Source: an uncultured Actinomycetota bacterium (GTDB lineage Bacteria; Actinomycetota; Actinomycetes; Propionibacteriales; Propionibacteriaceae). Taken from it: DNA of 64,000 nt. Of this stretch, positions 21,372 through 30,565 are shown piece by piece. Location of the stretch: positions 113,755 through 177,754 of the forward strand of contig CAVPHL010000002.1 in NCBI GenBank assembly GCA_963704225.1, given 5' to 3'. The number at the start of each line of letters is the position of its first letter. Within the stretch, counting starts at the first letter, position 1. The notes below the pieces were generated by a model. It saw only the letters and a list, made by a program, of their open reading frames with translations, ran no database searches and was not told the DNA's origin. The position numbers and the translations under genes were made by a program.

Positions 21372-22778
21372 GTGCGAAGAGCGAAAATTGTGTGCACCAT
21401 CGGCCCCGCTACCGACTCGGCGGAAGCGCTGGTCGAACTCGTCAATGCCGGGATGAACGTCGCCCGGCTGAACATGAGCCACGGCGACCATCTGATCCAC
21501 GCCAAGCGGGTCGGCTGGATCCGTGACGCTGCCCGGATCGCCGGCCGCCCGGTGGGCATCCTGGCCGACCTGCAGGGCCCCAAGATCCGGCTCGGCAAGT
21601 TCGTCGACGGTGAGGCACGCCTGGAGCCGGGGGCCCGGTTCGTGATCACCATCGAGGACGTGCCGGGGACGGCGGAGCGCGCGTCCACCACCTTGAAGAC
21701 CCTCAGTCAGGATGTGACCGTCGGCGACCAGATCCTGATCAACGACGGGGCGATCGAGCTGAAGGCGGTCGAGGTCACCGACGTCGACGTGATCACCGAG
21801 GTGGTGGTGGGTGGCCGGGTCTCCGATCACAAGGGCATCAACCTGCCCGGTGTCGCGGTGAGCGTGCCCGCGCTGAGCGAGAAGGACGAGCGTGACCTGC
21901 GCTGGGCGCTGCGCCACGGGGTCGACATGGTGGCACTGTCGTTCGTGCGCACGGCCGCCGACGTGATCCCGGTGCACAAGGTGATGGACGAGGAGGACCG
22001 CCACGTCCCGGTGATCGCCAAGCTGGAGAAGCCGCAGGCGATCGAGAACCTGTACGAGGTGATCGATGCATTCGACGCCTTCATGGTTGCCCGCGGCGAC
22101 CTGGGCGTGGAACTCCCCCTGGAGGATGTCCCGGGAGTGCAGAAGCGGATCATCGACGCGGCCCGATCCTGGGCGAAGCCGGTGATCGTGGCCACCCAGA
22201 TGCTGGAGTCGATGATCACCTCTCATCGGCCCACCCGGGCGGAGGCGTCCGACGTGGCCAACGCGATCCTGGACGGCGCAGACGCGGTGATGCTGTCCGG
22301 TGAGACGGCGGTGGGGGACTACCCCTTCCAGGCGGTGGACATCATGTCCCGGATCATCTCCCGCACCGAGGCCGAGGGCCTGGACAAGATCCGGCCGCTG
22401 AACTGGAACCCGCACACCACCTCCGGGGTGATCTCCAAGGCGGCCATCGAGGTGGCCGAGCGGGTCGGGGCGAAGTACCTGGCCGCGTTCACGATTTCCG
22501 GCGACACCCCGCACCGGCTGGCGAGGCTGCGGTCGGAGGTGCCGATCATGGCGTTCACGCCGGTGCCGAAGACCGCCCAGGAACTCACCCTCTGCTGGGG
22601 CGTGCAGTCCTACGTCACGCCGGAGTACACCACCACCGACGCCATGGTGGAATCGGTGCAGATCGGCCTGTCCGAAACCGGTTCGATGCAGCACGGCGAC
22701 CATGTGGTGATCGTGGCCGGCAACCCGGGCCGCCTCTCCCGGCAGACGAACTCGCTGCGCGTCTACCAGATGGACTGA
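21372..22778 (+). CDS. pyk: Pyruvate kinase
   Basis: AKIVCTIGPA, RLNMSHG, DLQGPKIR, MVARGDLGVE, ATQMLESM, MLSGETA. Confidence 0.97.
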   Translation: MRRAKIVCTIGPATDSAEALVELVNAGMNVARLNMSHGDHLIHAKRVGWIRDAARIAGRPVGILADLQGPKIRLGKFVDGEARLEPGARFVITIEDVPGTAERASTTLKTLSQDVTVGDQILINDGAIELKAVEVTDVDVITEVVVGGRVSDHKGINLPGVAVSVPALSEKDERDLRWALRHGVDMVALSFVRTAADVIPVHKVMDEEDRHVPVIAKLEKPQAIENLYEVIDAFDAFMVARGDLGVELPLEDVPGVQKRIIDAARSWAKPVIVATQMLESMITSHRPTRAEASDVANAILDGADAVMLSGETAVGDYPFQAVDIMSRIISRTEAEGLDKIRPLNWNPHTTSGVISKAAIEVAERVGAKYLAAFTISGDTPHRLARLRSEVPIMAFTPVPKTAQELTLCWGVQSYVTPEYTTTDAMVESVQIGLSETGSMQHGDHVVIVAGNPGRLSRQTNSLRVYQMD

Positions 22779-22800
22779 CCACTCCCGTCGCCAGGACCTG

Positions 22801-22868
22801 CAGACGCCACCGAAACCGTCGGACGCCATCGAAAGTTCGGTGGTGTCTGCCGGTTTCGATGGCGTCTG
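22801..22868. repeat. Long imperfect inverted repeat (REP-like / bidirectional terminator)
   Basis: CAGACGCCACCGAAACCG...CGGTTTCGATGGCGTCTG outer arms with inner arms GGACGCCATCGAA/TTCGGTGGTGTCT, between convergent pyk and tRNA. Confidence 0.8.
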
Positions 22869-22928
22869 GCTGGGCGTCGATTCCCGACCTGACCCGGACC
22901 GCGCGGACGCGGGTGTGCGGCGACCTCG

Positions 22929-23011
22929 TACCGGGAAGGGGAGTCGAACCCCTACGCCCTTTCGGGCAGACGGGTTTGAGCCGTCCGCGTATACCATTCC
23001 GCCACCCCGGC
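22929..23011 (-). tRNA. tRNA-Leu (anticodon CAA), CCA not encoded
   Basis: Reverse complement GCCGGGGTGGCGGAATGGTATACGCG-GACGG-CT-CAA-AC-CCGTC, long variable arm, GGTTCGACTCC T-arm; acceptor stem pairs. Confidence 0.95.
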
Positions 23012-23125
23012 AGGTGCCCAAGAAGTGTGCCACAACTTGGCGGCACGCGTTCGGGGCAGGGTAACCTCGGTCCTGCCCGACCCGCCCTGGGCGCGCTGAC
23101 GATGCACCAGCCAGGAAGCTGAACC

Positions 23126-23740
23126 ATGACTGCCGACGATCGCAAAGAGAACGAACCGCTCCGGGTGCTGGTGGCCGAGGACGAGGCCCTGATCCGGCTC
23201 GACCTCGTCGAACTGCTCACCGAGGAGGGTTACCAGGTGGTCGCCGAAGCCGGCGACGGCGAGGAAGCGCTCGAACTGGCCCGCAAGCTCACTCCCGACC
23301 TGGTCGTGATGGACGTGAAGATGCCGAAGATGGATGGCATCTCCGCCGCGGCGATCATCGCCGAGGAGCGGATCGCCCCCGTGGTCATGCTCACCGCCTT
23401 CAGCCAGCGTGATCTGGTCGAACGGGCCCGGGACGCCGGCGCCATGGCCTATGTCGTCAAGCCCTTCGGCGCCTCCGACGTGGTGCCCGCGATCGAGATC
23501 GCCATGGGCCGGTTCGCCGAGATCCGCGCGGTCGAGGCCGAGGTGGCCGATCTGGAGGAGCGGTTCGCGTCCCGCAAGGCGGTCGACCAGGCCAAGGGGC
23601 TGCTGCAGGAGGGCCTGGGCCTCACCGAGCCGGAGGCGTTCCGCTGGGTCCAGAAGACCGCGATGGACCTGCGCAAGTCGATGCGCGAGGTCGCCGAGGC
23701 CGTGATCGAGCAGTCCAGGAACGAGAAGCGCAAGAAGTAG
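23126..23740 (+). CDS. pdtaR: ANTAR-domain response regulator (PdtaR-like)
   Basis: Receiver domain (AEDE, MDVKMP, YVVKP) plus ANTAR (RKAVDQAKGLL...EPEAFRW...AMD). Confidence 0.92.
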   Translation: MTADDRKENEPLRVLVAEDEALIRLDLVELLTEEGYQVVAEAGDGEEALELARKLTPDLVVMDVKMPKMDGISAAAIIAEERIAPVVMLTAFSQRDLVERARDAGAMAYVVKPFGASDVVPAIEIAMGRFAEIRAVEAEVADLEERFASRKAVDQAKGLLQEGLGLTEPEAFRWVQKTAMDLRKSMREVAEAVIEQSRNEKRKK

Positions 23741-23839
23741 AACCGGCCGTCGCGCTGGTCGGGCCGGTCGGTACCCACCTCCGGCGGACGATCAGGGCTT
23801 TAGCCGCCGGCGGCGGCCTGTCGAGGGTCGGGCGGGGGC

Positions 23840-24247
23840 TCAGTCGGTGCGCGCGGCCCGCTTCAGGAACACCGTGATCCGTGCTGCGCACACCTGCTCG
23901 CCCGCGTCGTCGGTGAGCGAGACGTCGTAGGTCGCCAGCGTTCCGCCGATCCGGATCGCGGTCGCCACCGCGGTGATCCAGCCGTCCCGCGCGGGGCGCA
24001 GGTGGGTGGCGTTGATGTCCACCCCGGTGACCGCGCCGTCCGGGCCCACCTCTGCCGCGGCGGCCAGCGAGGCCAGCCCCTCGGCGAGCACGCAGGACGC
24101 ACCGCCGTGCCACAGCCCGAACGGCTGGGTGTTGCCCTCGACCGGGCACCGGCCCACGGCCCGGGTCGGGGTGACCTCCAGCAGTTCGACGCCGAGCTTG
24201 GCGTCGAGGGGGCTGCGCAGGCCGTCGAACCAGTCGGGAACGTTCAT
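23840..24247 (-). CDS. Hotdog-fold thioesterase (PaaI/MenI-like)
   Basis: GNTQPFGLWHGGASCVLAE, INATHLRP; divergent from polA. Confidence 0.9.
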   Translation of the reverse strand: MNVPDWFDGLRSPLDAKLGVELLEVTPTRAVGRCPVEGNTQPFGLWHGGASCVLAEGLASLAAAAEVGPDGAVTGVDINATHLRPARDGWITAVATAIRIGGTLATYDVSLTDDAGEQVCAARITVFLKRAARTD

Positions 24248-24388
24248 GTGCCAACCATGGCACACCTGGGCGACGTCGCCGCGGCCACCGGCGGTGGGCC
24301 ACGAAACGCGCAGTTCCTGCCGGCGATCTGACCGTGAGGAGTCCCGGCGCGGGACGCGCCGGCGTCCCAGCGATTAGTGTTCCCGATT

Positions 24389-27088
24389 GTGACGAGCCCA
24401 GCCATTCCGCCCGCGGACGGTCCCCAGACCCTGCTCCTGATCGACGGCCACTCGGTGGCGTACCGGGCGTTCTTCGCCCTCCCGGTGGAGAACTTCTCCA
24501 CCACCACCGGGCAGCACACGAACGCCGTCTACGGGTTCACCTCGATGCTGATCAACGTGCTGCGCGACGAGCGGCCCACCCACCTCGCGGTTGCCTTCGA
24601 CGTGTCCCGCAAGACCTTCCGGAGCGAGCAGTACCCCGACTACAAGGCGAATCGCTCGGCCTCCCCGGCCGAGTTCGCCGGCCAGATCGGGCTGATCAAG
24701 GAGGTGCTGGACGCGCTGAACATCGTCCACCTCGAACGCGACGGCTTCGAGGCCGACGACATCGTCGCCACCCTCGCCCGGGAGGGCGAGCGTGCCGGGC
24801 TGCGGGTCCTGATCTGCACCGGCGACCGCGACACCCTCCAGCTGGTCAACGACCAGGTCACCGTGCTCTACCCCCGCAAGGGCGTCTCGGACCTCGCCCG
24901 GCTCGACCCGGCGGCGGTGCTCGACAAGTACCTGGTCGCGCCGGCCCGCTACCCGGAGCTGGCCGCCCTGGTGGGGGAGACCAGCGACAACCTGCCGGGC
25001 GTACCCGGGGTGGGCCCGAAGACGGCCGCCAAGTGGCTGGCCGCCTACGACGGCCTCGACAACCTGGTGGCCCACGTCGACGAGATCGCCGGCAAGGTGG
25101 GCGAGTCGCTGCGCGGGCACCTGGCGGACGTGGTCCGCAACCGCACCCTGAACGCCCTTGTCGGCGACCTGGAACTACCGGTCACGGTGGCCGGGCTGAG
25201 CCGGCGCGACTGGAACCGTGAGGCCGTCCACGAGCTGTTCGACGGGCTGGAGTTCCGGGTGCTCCGGGACCGGCTGATGGAGACCCTGCCCGCAGAGGAC
25301 CTGGAGTCCCAGGGCGGGTTCGAGGTCTCCGGCGAACTGCTGGCCCCGGGCGCGGTGCGGGCCTGGCTGGCTGCGCACGGCCGGCGCGGTGTGGTCGGCC
25401 TCGACTGCCAGGGACGCTGGCGCTCGGGGGTCGGCGATCTCACCGGTGTCGCCCTGGCCGCCGCCGACGGTGCCGCGGCCTGGATCGACGTCTCCACGAT
25501 CTCGCCCGACGACGACGCGGCGCTGGCCGAATGGCTCGCGGACCCGTCCGCGGCCAAGGCGATGCACGACGCGAAGGGCCCGCTGCTGGCGATCTGGTCG
25601 CGTGGCTGGGAGCTCGGCGGGCTGGCCGGCGACACCCAGCTCGCCGCCTACCTGCTGCGCCCCGACCAGCGGGTGTACGACCTGGCCGACCTGACCGCAC
25701 GCCACCTGCGCCGGGAGCTGGCGGTGGCCGGCACCGGCGCCGACGGCGGCGACCAGGCGGCCTTCTCCTTCGACGACACCGAGAGCCACGATGCGATGGT
25801 GCGTGCCCGGGCGGTGATCGACCTGGCCGCCGCACTCGCCGACGACCTGGAGGAGCGGGGTGGCACCCACCTGCTGCGCGAGGTCGAGCTGCCGCTCACC
25901 CGCACCCTGGCCACCATGGAACGGGTCGGCGTGGCGGTCGACCAGGACTACCTGAACCGGCTGCACGCCGACTTCGACGCCGCGGTGGCCGCGGCGGAGA
26001 CCGACGCGTTCGCCGTGCTCGGCCGCCCGGTCAACCTCGGGTCGCCCAAGCAGCTGCAGGCGGTGTTGTTCGACGAGCTCGGGATGCCGAAGACGCGGCG
26101 TACCGCCACCGGCTGGACCACCGACGCCGAGTCCCTGGAGACGCTCTGGGCGAAGACCGAGCACCCGTTCCTCGCGCACCTGCTGCGGCATCGTGACCAG
26201 ATCCGGTTGCGCCAGACCGTCGAGGGGCTGCTGAAGTCGGTGGGCGACGACGGCCGGATCCACACCACCTACGTGCAGACCATCGCGGCGACCGGGAGGC
26301 TGTCGTCCACCGACCCGAACCTGCAGAACATCCCGATCCGGACCGAGGCGGGCCGTCGGATCCGCGAGGCCTTCGTCGTGGGTGAGGGCTTCCAGACCCT
26401 GCTCACCGCCGACTACAGCCAGATCGAGATGCGGATCATGGCCGACCAGTCGGAGGACGCCGGGCTGATCGAGGCGTTCACCTCCGGGCACGACTTCCAC
26501 ACCACGATGGCGTCGCGGGTGTTCGGCGTGGCGGCCGGCGAGGTCACCGGCGCCCAGCGGGCCAGGATCAAGGCGATGAACTACGGCCTGGCCTACGGCC
26601 TGAGCGCCTTCGGGTTGAGCCAGCAACTGCGGATCGAGGTGTCCGAGGCGAGGGGGCTGATGGAGGAGTACTTCGAGCGGTTCGGTCACGTCCGGGACTA
26701 CCTCCACCAGATCGTCGACACCGCCCGGCGCACCGGTTTCACCGAGACCGTCCTGGGGCGGCGGCGCTACCTGCCGGACCTCACCTCCTCGAACCGGCAA
26801 CGTCGGGAGATGGCCGAACGCGCCGCCCTCAACGCGCCGATCCAGGGGTCGGCCGCCGACATCATCAAGGTGGCCATGCTCGACGTGGAGTCGGCGATCG
26901 CCCGGCGTGGCCTGCGCAGCCGGATGCTGCTGCAGGTGCACGACGAACTGGTGTTCGAGGTGGCGCCGGGGGAGCGGGACGAATTCGAGGCGCTGGTGCG
27001 CGACCGGATGGCCCACGCCGTGGAGATGACCGTGCCCCTGGAGGTGTCGGTGGGCGCCGGGCGCTCCTGGCACGACGCCGCGCACTGA
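24389..27088 (+). CDS. polA: DNA polymerase I
   Basis: 5'-3' exonuclease (LIDGHS, EADD, GVPGVGPKTA) and family A motifs DYSQIEMR, KAMNYGLAYG, QVHDEL. Confidence 0.97.
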   Translation: MTSPAIPPADGPQTLLLIDGHSVAYRAFFALPVENFSTTTGQHTNAVYGFTSMLINVLRDERPTHLAVAFDVSRKTFRSEQYPDYKANRSASPAEFAGQIGLIKEVLDALNIVHLERDGFEADDIVATLAREGERAGLRVLICTGDRDTLQLVNDQVTVLYPRKGVSDLARLDPAAVLDKYLVAPARYPELAALVGETSDNLPGVPGVGPKTAAKWLAAYDGLDNLVAHVDEIAGKVGESLRGHLADVVRNRTLNALVGDLELPVTVAGLSRRDWNREAVHELFDGLEFRVLRDRLMETLPAEDLESQGGFEVSGELLAPGAVRAWLAAHGRRGVVGLDCQGRWRSGVGDLTGVALAAADGAAAWIDVSTISPDDDAALAEWLADPSAAKAMHDAKGPLLAIWSRGWELGGLAGDTQLAAYLLRPDQRVYDLADLTARHLRRELAVAGTGADGGDQAAFSFDDTESHDAMVRARAVIDLAAALADDLEERGGTHLLREVELPLTRTLATMERVGVAVDQDYLNRLHADFDAAVAAAETDAFAVLGRPVNLGSPKQLQAVLFDELGMPKTRRTATGWTTDAESLETLWAKTEHPFLAHLLRHRDQIRLRQTVEGLLKSVGDDGRIHTTYVQTIAATGRLSSTDPNLQNIPIRTEAGRRIREAFVVGEGFQTLLTADYSQIEMRIMADQSEDAGLIEAFTSGHDFHTTMASRVFGVAAGEVTGAQRARIKAMNYGLAYGLSAFGLSQQLRIEVSEARGLMEEYFERFGHVRDYLHQIVDTARRTGFTETVLGRRRYLPDLTSSNRQRREMAERAALNAPIQGSAADIIKVAMLDVESAIARRGLRSRMLLQVHDELVFEVAPGERDEFEALVRDRMAHAVEMTVPLEVSVGAGRSWHDAAH

Positions 27089-27133
27089 CGGCCGGGGCCG
27101 TCGGGTCCCGGGGCGGCGGGGTGCCGCGGCGGG

Positions 27134-27703
27134 TCAGCGCAGGACGGCCAGGATCTGCTCCTGCGCACCGCCGGCGTCGGTCCAGGATCCGGTGAGGGTG
27201 CCCAGCGGTACGCGGGTGCCGGGGACGTGCTCGCCGTCGAGCACCCGCACGATCCGCATCGACTCGCCGGCCGCGTTGGAGACCGGCACGATCCCCGACC
27301 CCCGCACCGTCATGGACTTCTCGCCCTGGGACAGGTCGGCCTCGCTGTCGCCCTCGTGGATCACCCGGAGCAGCTCGACCAGGTACACCGGGTCCCCGAC
27401 CGCGTCGTACACGAAGCGGGTGCCGAGCACCGAGTGCTCGATCGTCCCGACGAACGAGTCGGACGCCTCGGACAGCCGGGCGTCCCGATAGGTGAGCGGC
27501 ACCTGGTAGGTGACGCCGTTGGACCGGACCAGGATGGTCTCGATTCCGACGTCGCCCTCGGGGTCGACGAACCGGTAGGACGCGACCCGGCTCAGGTCGT
27601 CGGAGTCGCCCACGAACCACTCCTGGGCGGGCAGCCAGCCGGCCAGCAGTTCCATCTTGGTGGGGCTCAGGGTCGCGTCATGGATCTCGGCAGTGCCGCT
27701 CAT
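27134..27703 (-). CDS. Stand-alone maltokinase N-terminal cap-like protein
   Basis: IHDATLSPTKMELLAGWLP.Q.W, YRFVDPEGDVGIE, QVPLTYR, HSVLGTRFVYDA.GDP. GGAGG RBS. Confidence 0.75.
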   Translation of the reverse strand: MSGTAEIHDATLSPTKMELLAGWLPAQEWFVGDSDDLSRVASYRFVDPEGDVGIETILVRSNGVTYQVPLTYRDARLSEASDSFVGTIEHSVLGTRFVYDAVGDPVYLVELLRVIHEGDSEADLSQGEKSMTVRGSGIVPVSNAAGESMRIVRVLDGEHVPGTRVPLGTLTGSWTDAGGAQEQILAVLR

Positions 27704-27730
27704 GGTCCTCCTTCGGGTCAACTCCACCCT

Positions 27731-27960
27731 AGACGACAACCGCCCCCGCCGCGGAGCGGCGGGGAGGGCGGAGTCCTGACGAGCGGTGAGTTCGCGAACC
27801 GCGAGGAGCAGACGACAACCGCCCCCGCCGCGGAGCGGCGGGGAAGGGCGGAGTCCTGACGAGCGGTGAGTCGCGAACCGCGAGGAGCAGACGACAACCG
27901 CCCCCGCCGCGGAGCGGCGGGGAAGGGCGGAGTCCTGACCAGCGGTGAGTTCGCGAACCG
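27731..27960. repeat. Tandem array of about three 79-bp REP-like units
   Basis: Units start at 27731, 27810 and 27889 (AGACGACAACCGCCCCCGCCGCGGAGCGGCGGGG...GCGGTGAGTTCGCGAACCG). Near-identical, no unique spacers. Confidence 0.95.
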
Positions 27961-27975
27961 GGGTCCCCGTCCGGA

Positions 27976-28005
27976 TTGACCCTCGATCAGGGCACTCGAT
28001 AGGCT
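27976..28005 (+). promoter_or_regulatory. Housekeeping-sigma promoter of rpsA
   Basis: TTGACC (27976) - 18 bp - TAGGCT (28000), about 150 bp upstream of the ATG. Confidence 0.7.
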
Positions 28006-28154
28006 GTCGGCGCACTTCGACCGGCATGACCTCAGACCTAGCGGGTCGGCACGCTCACACGTGCGGTTGCCCAGACGTCAGCCTGGTCCTCGCTGTGGGA
28101 GCACGCGGTCGGCGTGCGGACACAACATCATCCAACCCATCGGAGCCCTACTAC

Positions 28155-29612
28155 ATGACCTCTTCTCCCGAGGCAACCTCCGTCGCATTCGACGATTTCG
28201 CTACCGCTGAGGATTTCCTCGCAGCCGTCGACGCGACCATCAAGTACTTCAATGACGGCGACATCGTGACCGGCACCGTCGTCAAGGTCGATCGGGACGA
28301 GGTCCTGCTCGACATCGGTTACAAGACCGAAGGTGTGATCCCCTCCAAGGAACTCTCCATCAAGCACGACGTGGACCCGTTCGACGTGGTCACTGTCGGC
28401 GATGTGATCGAGGCCCTGGTTCAGACCAAGGAGGACAAGGAGGGTCGCCTGATCCTGTCCAAGAAGCGCGCGCAGTACGAGCGCGCCTGGGGCACGATCG
28501 AGAAGGTCAAGGAAGAGGACGGCGTCGTCACCGGCCGGGTCATCGAGGTCGTCAAGGGCGGCCTGATCATCGACATCGGCCTGCGCGGCTTCCTGCCGGC
28601 CTCGCTGGTGGAGATGCGCCGGGTGCGCGACCTGCTGCCCTACGTCGGCATGGAGCTCGAGGCGAAGATCATCGAGCTGGACAAGAACCGCAACAACGTG
28701 GTGCTGTCCCGCCGGGCGTGGCTGGAGCAGACCCAGTCCGAGGTGCGCCACTCGTTCCTCAACCAGCTCACCAAGGGCCAGATCCGCAAGGGTGTCGTCT
28801 CCTCGATCGTCAACTTCGGCGCGTTCGTCGACCTGGGCGGCGTGGACGGCCTGGTGCACGTCTCCGAGCTGTCCTGGAAGCACATCGACCACCCCTCGGA
28901 GGTTGTCGAGGTCGGCGACGAGGTCACCGTCGAGGTGCTGGACGTCGACATGGACCGCGAGCGCGTCTCGCTGTCGCTGAAGGCGACCCAGGAAGACCCG
29001 TGGCAGACCTTCGCCCGTACCCACCAGATCGGCCAGATCGTGCCCGGCAAGGTCACCAAGCTGGTGCCCTTCGGTGCGTTCGTCCGGGTGGAGGAGGGCA
29101 TCGAGGGACTGGTGCACGTCTCCGAGCTCGCCGAGCGTCACGTGGAGATCCCCGAGCAGGTCGTCAGCGTCAACGACGAGGTGATGGTCAAGATCATCGA
29201 CATCGACCTCGAGCGTCGCCGGATCAGCCTCAGCCTCAAGCAGGCCAACGAGGGCATCGACGTGGCCGCGGACGACTTCGACCCGGCGCTGTACGGCATG
29301 ACCGCGTCCTACGACGACTCCGGCAACTACATCTACCCCGAGGGCTTCGATCCGGAGACCCAGGAGTGGAAGCCCGGCTACGAGGCGCAGCAGCGTGCGT
29401 GGGAACTCCAGTACGCCGAGGCCCAGGCTCGCTGGGAGGCGCACAAGAAGCAGGTGCAGGACGCCGAGGCTGCCGACGTCAACGCGGCGGTCGTCGAGGC
29501 CAGTACGGCCGCCTATTCCTCCGGCGCGGCCGAGGTGGCGGCACCGGAAGGCTCGCTGGCTTCCGACGAGGCGCTGCAGGCGCTCCGGGAGAAGCTCACC
29601 GGCGGTCGCTGA
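28155..29612 (+). CDS. rpsA: 30S ribosomal protein S1
   Basis: Repeated S1 domains (DIGYKTEG, GFLPASLV, DGLVHVSELSW, EGLVHVSEL) and actinobacterial C-terminus LASDEALQALREKL. Confidence 0.98.
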   Translation: MTSSPEATSVAFDDFATAEDFLAAVDATIKYFNDGDIVTGTVVKVDRDEVLLDIGYKTEGVIPSKELSIKHDVDPFDVVTVGDVIEALVQTKEDKEGRLILSKKRAQYERAWGTIEKVKEEDGVVTGRVIEVVKGGLIIDIGLRGFLPASLVEMRRVRDLLPYVGMELEAKIIELDKNRNNVVLSRRAWLEQTQSEVRHSFLNQLTKGQIRKGVVSSIVNFGAFVDLGGVDGLVHVSELSWKHIDHPSEVVEVGDEVTVEVLDVDMDRERVSLSLKATQEDPWQTFARTHQIGQIVPGKVTKLVPFGAFVRVEEGIEGLVHVSELAERHVEIPEQVVSVNDEVMVKIIDIDLERRRISLSLKQANEGIDVAADDFDPALYGMTASYDDSGNYIYPEGFDPETQEWKPGYEAQQRAWELQYAEAQARWEAHKKQVQDAEAADVNAAVVEASTAAYSSGAAEVAAPEGSLASDEALQALREKLTGGR

Positions 29613-29626
29613 CCGTTCGAAGCCAA

Positions 29627-29667
29627 CGACGTGCCCTCCACTTCGGTGGGGGGCACGTCGCCTTTCC
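29627..29667 (+). terminator. Intrinsic terminator after rpsA
   Basis: CGACGTGCCCTCCAC-TTCG-GTGGGGGGCACGTCG (UUCG tetraloop) followed by CCTTT. Confidence 0.8.
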
Positions 29668-29791
29668 GGGGAGCGGCCGGCAGGCTGGGCCACACCGGCC
29701 ACACTCCCGGGCGCGCCCGGGACGCGCCCGCAGGCGAACCGGTGGCCTACGCTGCACCACAGGATGAGCGATCAGCTGAGCGGGGGTTCCG

Positions 29792-30556
29792 ATGGGGTCT
29801 GAGGAGTTGCAGCCCACCTTTGAGGTGTACCCGTCCGCGGCGTCGGGGACGGCGTCGGAGCCGGCCCCTGGGCCCGGCTGGGAACCCGACCCGGCAGGGC
29901 CACTGTGGGAGCAACCCGGCCCGGAACTGCCCGGCGAGCGGGTTCCGGTGCCCGCACGCCCGGGGCCGCCGGTGCCGGCCGAACCGGTGGGACCCGATCG
30001 GCGCACGGTGTTCCGGATCGGCATCGGGGTCGTCCTGGCTGCCGTGTTCATTGGCGGCATCGCCCAGTTCGAGTATCAGCCTCCCGAGTACGAGGCGGGT
30101 TGGGTCCAGGAGGATGTCACCTACGCGGACGAGATCGACCTCGGCGTCTACTTCGCGCCGGTACCCCAGGGCTGGGAACTCAGGGCCACGTCCGCGGCCG
30201 AGGCCGTGGTGACCAACGGGGCGAACCGGCTCGAGGCCTACGCCTTCAACGCCGCGGACGGTGACCGGGCCGCGGACCTGGTCAAGGAACTCTCGAGACT
30301 GCGTCGGGGGGGCTTCTCCGGCCAGCTCGGCCAGGTGTCGGACACCTCCGACGGGGATGTGCAGCGGGCGACGGTCCGCGCGACCGGGACCGTGGCCGGC
30401 TCGCCCGCCCGGCTGGTCGGCCAGCTGTGGATCGGCGCCGACGCCCGGGCCCTGCTGGTGGTGCGGGTGCTGACCGCCCCGAAGGGGTCGTCGATCGACG
30501 GGGAGGCCCTGGGCATGGCCCAGGAACTGAGCTGGGACTACGGAGGAGCCGAGTGA
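29792..30556 (+). CDS. Hypothetical single-pass membrane protein with Pro-rich N-terminus
   Basis: Pro-rich N-terminus, TM (IGIGVVLAAVFIGGIA), then a soluble domain. Ends 9 bp before coaE. Confidence 0.7.
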   Translation: MGSEELQPTFEVYPSAASGTASEPAPGPGWEPDPAGPLWEQPGPELPGERVPVPARPGPPVPAEPVGPDRRTVFRIGIGVVLAAVFIGGIAQFEYQPPEYEAGWVQEDVTYADEIDLGVYFAPVPQGWELRATSAAEAVVTNGANRLEAYAFNAADGDRAADLVKELSRLRRGGFSGQLGQVSDTSDGDVQRATVRATGTVAGSPARLVGQLWIGADARALLVVRVLTAPKGSSIDGEALGMAQELSWDYGGAE

Positions 30557-30565
30557 GGGGTACCG

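Noticed and set aside
22779-23011. Genomic island integrated at tRNA-Leu
   Set aside because: No integrase and no duplicated tRNA 3' end; the flanks are ordinary pyk and pdtaR.
23126-23740. Orphan ANTAR regulator as a novel RNA-antitermination system
   Set aside because: It matches the conserved actinobacterial PdtaR, whose kinase is normally encoded elsewhere. I found no convincing tandem ANTAR hairpins nearby.
27731-27960. CRISPR array
   Set aside because: Units are near-identical end to end with no unique spacers, and there are no cas genes in the window.
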